From a virus (Duplodnaviria; Caudoviricetes), in the IMG/VR virus record IMGVR_UViG_2974594805_000001, positions 1 to 64,000 of that record: a DNA stretch of 64,000 bases; one strand, written 5' to 3'. The first letter of the stretch is position 1. Each line of letters opens with the position of its first letter. Made by a program: the position numbers and the translations under genes. Shown piece by piece: positions 48,701 through 56,224 of this stretch. The notes under the pieces are model-generated. The model saw only the letters and a list, made by a program, of their open reading frames with translations. It had not been told where the DNA came from and did not search any database.

Positions 48701-51700
48701 CACGAATAGAACGCTGAAGAACTGGGTTCGGGTTGTTGTCCACAGTCTCATCGTAACCAAACAGACGACGTAGATTCTCGATACCAGAGAACACAGTGGC
48801 AGCCGCAGCATCCACATAGTTCGGAGTATCCTGCATCTTCTGAAGAGCTTTACGTTCAACATCAGACAGTTGCACACGAGTACGATCCTGTGTCCGAGCC
48901 ACAGATGTGAGTTTCTCACCCACAGCGTAGATCGGAGCACTGTCACCAAACAACACTTCCTTGGCTGTCAGTTTCTTACCCGGTCCATTCTCTGCACGAG
49001 TAGCATCCCGGATCTCACGCATCTCACCGTTGTTGACGATGATTGTGAAGATATCACGATCACCTTCTTCACGAGTCGTGGTGACTTTCTCCACCGATAC
49101 GAGATCTGTGTTCTCACTCAGAGCAGTGAACAGTTCTTTGGCAAAGCCCTGCATCGTACCTTCGAGATCATCCACAGCAGACTCTGGATCTTCTTCAATG
49201 TCGAGCAGACGCATCAGATCAAAGGCCAGACCATCACCAGCTTGGTTAGGCGGAACACCATTCAGGATGGAGTTGAAGTCCCCATCGTTTATGTCGTTCA
49301 CAGAAACTCCAAGTTTTTCAAGGGTTTCTTCCAAGCGGTTCGGATCAGAGCCTGTGTTGGTCAGCAGCCAGTCAGCCATAGCCACAGCAGCCATGTCGAT
49401 GACACGATCACTGAACTCACCGGTCTCAGGATCGACCAGCAGACCAGCTTTGAAGCGACGGAATTGAGTACGACCATCAAGGATGTGCTGACGGATAGTC
49501 TTCGTCACGCCACCATCTTTGACCTTCTTGTCGAGACGAGCACTGAGAGACTCAGCAATGACAGGACGCAGAGACTTCACAAACTCTTTGGTTTGAGAAT
49601 TGAGTGGAGAACCTTCAGTAACTGTCAGAAACTCACCCAAGTTTTTCGGATGAGCTTCTGTATCTTTGGCTTTGAAAAAGCTGAAGAAAGTCGGGTTTAC
49701 TCGGTAGTCACCGGATTCGACCTCGCTCCCAGCGTCTTCTGCTGGGGTGGTGTCTCCGTCAACATCTCCTCCGGTGTCCCCATCTGTGTCGGGCTGTTGT
49801 ACTTCCGTTTCGGATACTTCAGTGGCAGTTCCAGTTGCTTCGGTTCCGATGAGATCGCCATATACATGCTCCAATACTGCTGCGGTTTCAGAGAGATCTC
49901 CCTCGATAACCTCAGTGGTGAAGGCCATCTCAGTGGCCACAGCAAACAGTTCCGAAGAGATCTGCTCCGGAGTACCACGAGTGAATGCATACTCCAATCG
50001 ACCATTGAAGTAGTTGCTGAGGTTTCCACGCAACGCATTCATTTCGTTGAAAACTTTTCCACCTTTGAAGAAAGTACGTGCCGACGACACAGGCATATCC
50101 CCATCAGGATTCCTATGGTTGTCAACGATGTGACCCACTTCATGTACGAGGACTGCACGACCCTGTGCTGTCAACTCTTGGTTTTCATCAAACAGATCTT
50201 CCCGCATACGAACTTCACGAGTATCGAACACAGCACGTCCCAGATCATTGGCACGAGCAGGCATCACATTCAGTACACGCACAGCAGACGCCAGAGGACC
50301 GAATACCAGCTTCATCTGGTTCCGGGCATTGTCACGACGTGCCTTGAGAGTCTCACGCATACGAGCCTTCTCAGCGTCTGTCATTTGATCGACAAAATCA
50401 TTCCATGGGAGAGTAGCATCAAGCTCGGACTCCTCCGTCTCCGTAGACCCTTCCTCAGTCGCTGTCGCTCCTTCGTCAGATTCTACGGCCCCGTCGGACC
50501 CCTCGATAGTCTGCGAGCGTTCTTCATCACTGAGAGTCCCATCGACATCTGTGTCGAGTTGAATGATCTGATCGTTGGACTCAGCAATGATCATTCCTTC
50601 GTTCTCATTGAACAGAAGGATACCATCATACCGACCCTCAGCCTTACGCTGTTCAAGTGTCAGAGCATTGGCAAGCCAGAAGTCCTGTGGATCCATGCCA
50701 TCCGGAACTTGTTCCGACAAAGGATTCGCAAGACGGACATTCATACTGATTAGACGAGGTGTACCAGTCCCATCCCCACGAGCGAACTCACGAGCCAGAC
50801 CCTTACGAGTCGTCAGGAAAATACCTCCATCCCGGAACTCAGAGAATACTGCATTGGTTCCATGGTAGAAGGTAATCGGATCACCATTCTCATCAGAGAT
50901 GATATCGTCTCCGTTGATCTCCATCGGGGGATCTTCACGAGTTATACCATCATCAGTTACATCTGTATTTTGACCCTCCTCAGAGACGGCTGGGGCCGTC
51001 TCTTCGTCGATAGTCTCCGAGGGGTTTGTTTCCACGGACGAATCAATGTCATTACGGGGGTTTTCTGTTTGTATTGTTTCTTCTGCTCGGGCGTTCGCTT
51101 CGCCCTCGATAGCCGTTGGGCTGTCGTTTTCCTTACGCAAAGTGACTGGAACCACCTCAGACAGACCTTCGAAGATCTCCGGGAATTCCTTTTGAATTGA
51201 GGCCAGTACGGTCTCTGCTGTCCGGGTGTCGTTCTCGACCTGTTGCGCAAATGCAACACTTCCCGGAGCACCACGGGAATAACGAACCGGAGCAAAGTAG
51301 TTGTCCGGAGAGTCTTTGTCATAGAAACGTTCACCGTTGGCCAAACCAGAGAACTTCACAGTCGGACCAGACAGTTGACCTGTCTTCGGATTGACAAAGT
51401 TATTGTCGAAGGACTCATTGAGAGCCTCGATCCGGTTGTTCATATGCTGCACGAAGTTACGAAGACGTTTCACTTCACGCTGCACAGTTGTCTTGTTGCC
51501 TTCACGATCAGTGAATTCCCCAGTCGGAGACTGGAGACCGGTGATGATATTGGCAGCCATATCATTCACAGAAGGCAGAGTCTTACCACTGCGAGTCTTG
51601 AAACCAGCAGCAAGGATAGACCGGGAAGTCTGCTGCACCGACTCTCCTTTGCCGGTGGCTTCGCCTTCGCGTGAAAGAGTGACTCCGTTCGATCTCTCGA

Positions 51701-53795
51701 TCTCGATACGGGAGTCCAAGTTACCGTTGATTGCTCGGCTCACGTTGGAAGCAGCACGAGTGATCTTCAGATCTTGTTCACTGATATTTTCTCCCGACTC
51801 TTCCAAGAGTTGATCGGTACGATCAGGATCGACGTTCGCAGGATTGGTCTTCGCCACGTTCACTGTGGTGGAGACCTCCTGCGGCGTTACCGGACCCGTA
51901 GGGGTATTGGTATTCAGATCGAGTTTCTCAGCATCAGCAAGGATCTTAGTTGCAGTCTTTGACGACAGGATCTTCCCAATACGCCGTTTGGCACCAACAG
52001 GCAGAGATTCTGCCACTTGGCGTAGACGGTTGATCTGGGTAGCAGCAAAAGCTGTATCCTCATCACTGGGACGGAAACCTCGCTCAGACATCTTGGCTGT
52101 GATACCAGCCACAGTCTCAACAACGTTGTTACCTTCTAAACCAGCAAAACCTTCTGACGGAGTATCCACAGTGGAGAGGTTTGCCACGACTTGATCGTCA
52201 AGGTTTCCTTCATCCACCAGAGAAATGATGGTTTCATTGGCATCCAGTGCATCCTGAGACGCTTGTGTAGCATCATTGTTGTTCTCACGAGACACAAAGT
52301 CTGTTGCGTATGCCACAGCAGGACTCTGTGCGACAGTAGATGCAAGGTTTCTGGCTTGCGTTGTGACATTGCCAGCCAAATCACTTGCAGCCTGTGTAGC
52401 TCGCTGAGCAGGTGAAGCTGTTCCTACAATGTCCTGACGCAGAGGATCATTGAACTGAGTCTCAGTGAAGAGAGCATCAGCAGCATTTCGTGCTTGGTTT
52501 GCAATGACACGGCCAGTTGCCGTACCAGTCTGCACAGCCATACGAGGTGAACCAAGTGCAGCAGCAGTACCCATACCTGCCAGAGCACCGATTGCAGCCT
52601 CTTCACCAACACCCTCGAATGTGGCTCGACCAATGTTTGCCATCTCTTCGACAGCAACGTTCCGGTTCACAGTGGCAGAACCACCTTGCAGAGCTTCTTC
52701 AACACCTTCACCTGCAACTTGCAGGAGGTTTTGAGCAATAGAGTTTCCACGGAAAGCAGCAGGCCCCAGAGCTTCAAAGCGATTGGTTACATAACCAAAG
52801 GCAATGGTAGGAGCGATCTGACGAACAGCAGCCGTTTCAGCAGTGATACCAGCCAGTTGTACCCGTGCTTCTTCGGGTGTCATATCCGGATTCTCATCCA
52901 TGATGGCTTGAAATACCGGTGAAGTCTCAGACAGTACCTCGATAGGAACACCCATCACATCCTGCACAGTCTCACTGTAGAGGTTTGTGACTTCAGGAGC
53001 ACCTGTGGCAGCAGAGATGGCCGTAGCTTGAGCCACACGCTGTGCCAGTGCATTCTGGGTCATACGGGCTGTCATGCCCTTGGCTACGGCTCCTGACGCT
53101 CCACCGAGTGGTGCAGTGAAAACCATAGAACCAATAGACTCAGCGATGATGTTCCCTGCAAGAGAAGGATCACGGGTAAACCGTTCCACAGCATTCAGGG
53201 CATCACGACCTTGGTGAGCTAAACCAGCAAACAAAGGTGAATCACCTTCAGCCAGATCTCGCTCGTACTGAGCTTGAGAGTCTGCCCGGTCAAGTTCACC
53301 TTCAATGGCTTCAAAATACCGACGGTCTTGGAGTTCTTGAGACAGATTCTGCTCTTGCATTCCTGCCACGATATCACCGTGAGCAGCCAAAAGTTCAGCA
53401 GATCGACGACGACCACCGTCTAGACCTTCATCGTTCCACCATGCACGAGCATAAGAATCAGCGATGATACCGATTGAACCAATGTCTCGATATGCACCAA
53501 TGGATGCAGACTTGGCGATATCCAGAGCACGTTCACCGAAACCCTGTTCTGCATTATCAGACTGTTGAAGACGATCACGTCCGTCCATCAGACGGTGACG
53601 GTTCATTGCAACCTCGTTGCCATACTTGGCAGCAAGTTCCAGTTGCGACATTTCACGAAGATCTGTGTGAAGTTCAGTCTGAGCTAGGTCATTTCCTCGA
53701 TCTTCAGCGACAGCAGCAATGTCTTGCGTAACGGTATCACGCAGAGATTCCGCAATGATGTCATCGGGAGACGGAGTTCGAGGAGTATCGACCAT
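42756..53795 (-). CDS. Virion-encapsidated RNA polymerase (vRNAP, N4 gp50-like) carrying extra ART-like and zincin domains
   Basis: 3679 aa, no Cys; motifs ELDGLTNG, R..SKNPMT..NYGSG, IFDG; core at about 46830-49700. Confidence 0.97.
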   Translation of the reverse strand: MVDTPRTPSPDDIIAESLRDTVTQDIAAVAEDRGNDLAQTELHTDLREMSQLELAAKYGNEVAMNRHRLMDGRDRLQQSDNAEQGFGERALDIAKSASIGAYRDIGSIGIIADSYARAWWNDEGLDGGRRRSAELLAAHGDIVAGMQEQNLSQELQDRRYFEAIEGELDRADSQAQYERDLAEGDSPLFAGLAHQGRDALNAVERFTRDPSLAGNIIAESIGSMVFTAPLGGASGAVAKGMTARMTQNALAQRVAQATAISAATGAPEVTNLYSETVQDVMGVPIEVLSETSPVFQAIMDENPDMTPEEARVQLAGITAETAAVRQIAPTIAFGYVTNRFEALGPAAFRGNSIAQNLLQVAGEGVEEALQGGSATVNRNVAVEEMANIGRATFEGVGEEAAIGALAGMGTAAALGSPRMAVQTGTATGRVIANQARNAADALFTETQFNDPLRQDIVGTASPAQRATQAASDLAGNVTTQARNLASTVAQSPAVAYATDFVSRENNNDATQASQDALDANETIISLVDEGNLDDQVVANLSTVDTPSEGFAGLEGNNVVETVAGITAKMSERGFRPSDEDTAFAATQINRLRQVAESLPVGAKRRIGKILSSKTATKILADAEKLDLNTNTPTGPVTPQEVSTTVNVAKTNPANVDPDRTDQLLEESGENISEQDLKITRAASNVSRAINGNLDSRIEIERSNGVTLSREGEATGKGESVQQTSRSILAAGFKTRSGKTLPSVNDMAANIITGLQSPTGEFTDREGNKTTVQREVKRLRNFVQHMNNRIEALNESFDNNFVNPKTGQLSGPTVKFSGLANGERFYDKDSPDNYFAPVRYSRGAPGSVAFAQQVENDTRTAETVLASIQKEFPEIFEGLSEVVPVTLRKENDSPTAIEGEANARAEETIQTENPRNDIDSSVETNPSETIDEETAPAVSEEGQNTDVTDDGITREDPPMEINGDDIISDENGDPITFYHGTNAVFSEFRDGGIFLTTRKGLAREFARGDGTGTPRLISMNVRLANPLSEQVPDGMDPQDFWLANALTLEQRKAEGRYDGILLFNENEGMIIAESNDQIIQLDTDVDGTLSDEERSQTIEGSDGAVESDEGATATEEGSTETEESELDATLPWNDFVDQMTDAEKARMRETLKARRDNARNQMKLVFGPLASAVRVLNVMPARANDLGRAVFDTREVRMREDLFDENQELTAQGRAVLVHEVGHIVDNHRNPDGDMPVSSARTFFKGGKVFNEMNALRGNLSNYFNGRLEYAFTRGTPEQISSELFAVATEMAFTTEVIEGDLSETAAVLEHVYGDLIGTEATGTATEVSETEVQQPDTDGDTGGDVDGDTTPAEDAGSEVESGDYRVNPTFFSFFKAKDTEAHPKNLGEFLTVTEGSPLNSQTKEFVKSLRPVIAESLSARLDKKVKDGGVTKTIRQHILDGRTQFRRFKAGLLVDPETGEFSDRVIDMAAVAMADWLLTNTGSDPNRLEETLEKLGVSVNDINDGDFNSILNGVPPNQAGDGLAFDLMRLLDIEEDPESAVDDLEGTMQGFAKELFTALSENTDLVSVEKVTTTREEGDRDIFTIIVNNGEMREIRDATRAENGPGKKLTAKEVLFGDSAPIYAVGEKLTSVARTQDRTRVQLSDVERKALQKMQDTPNYVDAAAATVFSGIENLRRLFGYDETVDNNPNPVLQRSIRGKNLSIEMNIAETQALLSAAGNPSNRMPVYFPYGITKVGRHQAQGPNPQSNKVMRAVVAPTWSTVDVTDLDNFWIAVGQASDIGGINKAEKLSHADIIANASEKFYAKFGDAVPHIKNLIRSGEVDQDALFETTGVIEPQQLKAIIAVAQLEMAVEDGASTFDTSLSFELDGLTNGVANMMVNFGQGELTPEDYSNFQKVGFFIGKMGETVNKYYAKAGSLDMYETVSRLGDKMLGNMKGLEPWQQEQRGAAVRLAATIGNFDIDEESGVITMSRNSSKNPMTKVNYGSGVRGVAVGVADDMMLKFYEEMQKRPPEVPVDEYFYPGFKKDMETMGLIIDDKPSRSKVFDKESIKKFRTRIQYTIGDTLTEATQQVIGEKINEFNDLMVFSTNVQSQYLRDIYEIRLNELAERLENEGIIKSKKNLSQIPRKYFRELELELGQMAPLFVSDDQTLAIGGFQKGRGLIRTSSNFDEQINDFAYMRLPDDVGVRSIPFSVIGSGDAMMMNYIFGTEGAPDDVLGIFDGLDIPLSKIQDYAPRVNQAVSQTWQRDVMSMAVENFRGFINSDVDADILSQAYQKVMDKNKKSSVTASNVADLMVQLDQRLAANKARKAVFKTVAASVDQMGGSDVGYTREGREVGFTELNVLIAREMEGKPAEVQEDVRAEVFETKADAFLKSLRFTAKQKQVLDIIMPGLSDETRVVLGTVDQIRDWQTQNNPDNGAIMTDANGAYDHVNDIVYLTTDKPETVLHEMVHAATFKRVENHYNGDRQAAVTRMESLMRDFLKIEDGGQTVRDAQAAILRHVNQTDPTRQAMAVNEFMAYVLANSQVRRKAEKTTPLQAIGEKLIALMRRLMGGVSRDMFTQTAFNTKIIIDPPLDDVTGGGGNGDGGSGDGGDLTPMSNNYTNYWIEKLVGYIDGLGDDATGTRRRRDTAQDILNADAVIDSLRQAGMLRNPEDRQTFRAIYGIMKSEMTLDPNSLIALTKVFQHVEENMTPEMFGSGSEAGNEYSAVINSFGSFKRGDTSDAVAVMFALQQTSQKFRDVVAQIPEPETQQVTGTLNSYLHRGTQIFMSKLMGSIQDGAPQEVLDGLKQTLIEANNEKEYAVLRGVTKTLDAADNLISNRFEKAAVGMRNIDAQVKAEQEGSMKQYLTSSVTFITNFLDDTGTALTGQAAQRAAHAGIPILSMVPVRELVDEFVGTNKDNEEVVAMMDVVNAKVTGMRQGYREQLPGIFNRQFREAPVPEQWASMQRTLGNTDFTRYVDVNNLQPSLQMLEEGAARRRQISILENQLQGVLSPSNFNDMKEKAQQLADFMNKKSVGKLLVRNAYAIAKNLEGDVSDQVVEWIDELITMYAIDTMDADVREITVQLWQNDADGIRPMIAYMQYLNQQEDAKAVGEAARLNGYKGYLPNVGRENHRIVVAEDSMEEDMLHRGYKKVAPFTGDVNNAFPRSYYVTNISQQGAYSQGVMQNVSSTYRGVDVNTGLTVTGDAVGFISGEDVVNQVAEELVLDSYELEDPNETLMPVFDGEGAIVGFERSVNPVLSEALLGRDENLATNLGAWAGRQVEESLAYEYNRALVDKLDEMWQNRETGTDDQFVNLKTTTDPIYKESFKLIPHEIKSYMDSKFDGQGPMIMESMVNLSVGYREASVADLWTGKTRMPKELVKTVQAVTRQQFGQKSLRTLMVQAEQGFQGIVSDAKDIIVVKSLVVPVANTQANIIQLSTNGVPNKKIVQGYRKKLAEITEFNKNDVKLKELENQRRMTQDPRRQRLIDDKIQVINDLNAKMSIAPMIAAGAYKQLSEGITDLDRAQTNGGLADWLESKADQLPDTLGNIAKIGMVSKSTDLYRAANRATQYGDFLAKSIYYDHLLDQGLDPVAAIRVMNEEFVNFSALPGRTRSMLERNGLSWFMAFKIRIAKIAAKQMRNNPFRAMALNSITDTGSPIQDNIFTVIGEGRMDYATGYEMLWGAPELNPWVNLMSD

Positions 53796-53857
53796 TGTAT
53801 GAACCTACGATTAGGATTGTCCCCTCGTATTTTCACACAATGGTCAGGTTTTCAAGA

Positions 53858-55747
53858 TCATTCAGCACGAGAACGACGTTGTTCAACGTCTGCAATCTGC
53901 CCAGTGATGTTGTTCAACTGAGTTTGCAGTGCTCGATACTGTGCAGAACCTTCCGGATACTGAGCCAACTGAGCACGGATAAGCTGTGCTTGGCTCCGGA
54001 GAGAACCCAGTTCCTGTTCCATAACCTGCACAGAACGTTGGCTTTCACGGAAGTCACGTTCATCACGCTGGTCGATAGTACCAATGATCTCGTCGATACG
54101 GTCTCTATCGAAACGATTCGACAGAGTGTTCCGACCCGAGGGATCACGCTCAAAGCCACGAACAAAGGCAGCAGCAGCAACTTCAGGACGAACGTTGTTC
54201 CGACGTGCAGCGTCTTCGATCATACGATCCAGTTGGTTCACGTCAAAACCAGACTCACCAAATCCAAGGATTGAAGTTGGGTTTTCAGGATCTGAATCAA
54301 GACCAAGACGATCAGCAACATTCTGACCAACAGTTGAAGTATCAGTGGCAGCCAGACGATCTGCATCAGCGAAGACTGCGAACCGTGGGTTTGCTTCATT
54401 GGCTGCATTTGCAGCTTCCACAGCACCTTCGACCAGAGCAACAGTCTCTGGATCCTCAGATACGTTGGGACGAAGACGACCCGGATCCTGTTCAATCAGA
54501 CCACGGAGAGTCTCATACCGTGCCTCGTTTTCAGTTGCTGTGAAGCGATCATCAGCAAAGGTAGCACGACGAAGATCTTCAATCGTGTTGATCTCTGGAT
54601 TGTCCAGAAGTTGTTGGTTCGCAGTTGCTGTAAGCTCTTGAAGAGTCTCGTTATTTCGACGAGTTTCCAGTTCCAGCAATTCAGCAGAACGCTGTTCACC
54701 TGCTTGCTGAGCACCAGACAGAGCAGCATCAATCTGATCAGAGCGAAGACCAGCAGCAAGAAGCTGTTCTCGTGCCTGCATCATTGGTGTGGCGATCTGA
54801 ACACCGTTACCACCACCTTTTTCAGACGACCACTCACGGAAACGTCCCACATTCATGTTACGAAGGAATGGATTGGCTTCGATCACATTGGCAGGAAGAA
54901 CATCAACCAGACGAGTATCATCTGATTGTGTCAGCACAGACCGTGCTCCACCCAAACCAAGGAAGTGAGCAGCATAGAGATTGCCCTCAGTAATCGGAAT
55001 GTTCGAATTCTGAAGACCTTGCATATTCACTTCAGTAAAGCGACGCAAAGCACGTTGAGACTGAGCCGGGTCAGTACGACCATCAGCAGTCAGACCCAGA
55101 TCAGGGTGATCACGCATCATCTGTTGCCATGTCGAGTCAATGAATTGACCCAGACCAGTAGCAGAAGACCGTGGGTTTCGTGCATTTGGATTACCACTAG
55201 ACTCAGATTGAATGGTGGCTGCCAGATAGTTTTCGAAAGCATCACCACCAGTCTGAGTGATTGGGCCAACCACATCACCATGTTCACGACGGAATTGCTG
55301 TGATTCTTGGATCAGACCAGCAGCAGCACGAAGTGCTTGGTCATCAGAATAAGCCTGATCCCTCAGACGGTTAGCGTCTGCTTCTTGTCCTTGAGCAATA
55401 GCCAGACGACCATCACGGTTCCCGATGATCGAACGGTCATTCATGAAGCCCAGTGTTGCAGCACGCTGTCCCAAGAGACGTTCACGCATACCATCAGAGA
55501 TCTGGAGATCACTCAGACCACCACCAGCAAGGAATGCATCCAGTTCAGCTTCATCATTGATGCCTGCCAAACGGTGTGCAGCCTCTGCATCACCAGCAGC
55601 TTCACGACCTGCTTGGTAACGGCCAAGAATGTCACTCGCAGCATTTGCAGCGTTGTTGAAACCCTCATTGGCCTGCCGAAGCAGAGGAGCCACATTGGGC
55701 TGTGCGGTTGCGAGTTGCCGCCATTGAAGTCGTGCGTCACGAGTCAT
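53858..55747 (-). CDS. Virion/ejection protein with lytic transglycosylase domain (N4 gp51-like)
   Basis: IQSESSGNPNA, ATGLGQFIDSTW, LYAAHFLG.GGA; Cys-free; synteny. Confidence 0.85.
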   Translation of the reverse strand: MTRDARLQWRQLATAQPNVAPLLRQANEGFNNAANAASDILGRYQAGREAAGDAEAAHRLAGINDEAELDAFLAGGGLSDLQISDGMRERLLGQRAATLGFMNDRSIIGNRDGRLAIAQGQEADANRLRDQAYSDDQALRAAAGLIQESQQFRREHGDVVGPITQTGGDAFENYLAATIQSESSGNPNARNPRSSATGLGQFIDSTWQQMMRDHPDLGLTADGRTDPAQSQRALRRFTEVNMQGLQNSNIPITEGNLYAAHFLGLGGARSVLTQSDDTRLVDVLPANVIEANPFLRNMNVGRFREWSSEKGGGNGVQIATPMMQAREQLLAAGLRSDQIDAALSGAQQAGEQRSAELLELETRRNNETLQELTATANQQLLDNPEINTIEDLRRATFADDRFTATENEARYETLRGLIEQDPGRLRPNVSEDPETVALVEGAVEAANAANEANPRFAVFADADRLAATDTSTVGQNVADRLGLDSDPENPTSILGFGESGFDVNQLDRMIEDAARRNNVRPEVAAAAFVRGFERDPSGRNTLSNRFDRDRIDEIIGTIDQRDERDFRESQRSVQVMEQELGSLRSQAQLIRAQLAQYPEGSAQYRALQTQLNNITGQIADVEQRRSRAE

Positions 55748-55757
55748 GGGCTATTCC

Positions 55758-56222
55758 TTACAGGCTGTGCTCATCCAGATAGGCTTGGGTATCACCCTCA
55801 CCTTGTCCAGAATACGCATGACGAGCACGGATGCGGTCTTCGAGTGCCGTGTTGTACGTCTGTGTTTGGTTTGCGAGGTTGGTATTCCACTGTTCACGAG
55901 CGAACGACATTTGTTCCTTGGCCATCTTGTGAGCCTGATAGGAGTTCCACAGGTTGCCGAGTACCTGCACACCACCCAGAATCAGACCAGCACCACCATT
56001 TTGAGACCAGAAGTTCCCTGAACCACCTGTCTGTGCTGGGTTTGTGGCTCCACCCGGAACAGTCGGAGAATCCACAGTGACGTTAGGCATTGCCGATGCA
56101 CCAGAAGCTCCCATGGTAGGAGCTTGAATCTGTTCACCCATTGCAAAACCAAGAGAACCCATCTGGTTCCCGTTGGTCGTGGCTGAACTGTAGTTTCCGA
56201 AAGAGAGATTTGGCGTTGTCAT
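55758..56222 (-). CDS. Virion structural/ejection protein (N4 gp52-like)
   Basis: Gly-rich; N.W....K.A..Q..F......N...Q...YNT.LEDR.RAR; synteny. Confidence 0.8.
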   Translation of the reverse strand: MTTPNLSFGNYSSATTNGNQMGSLGFAMGEQIQAPTMGASGASAMPNVTVDSPTVPGGATNPAQTGGSGNFWSQNGGAGLILGGVQVLGNLWNSYQAHKMAKEQMSFAREQWNTNLANQTQTYNTALEDRIRARHAYSGQGEGDTQAYLDEHSL

Positions 56223-56224
56223 GT

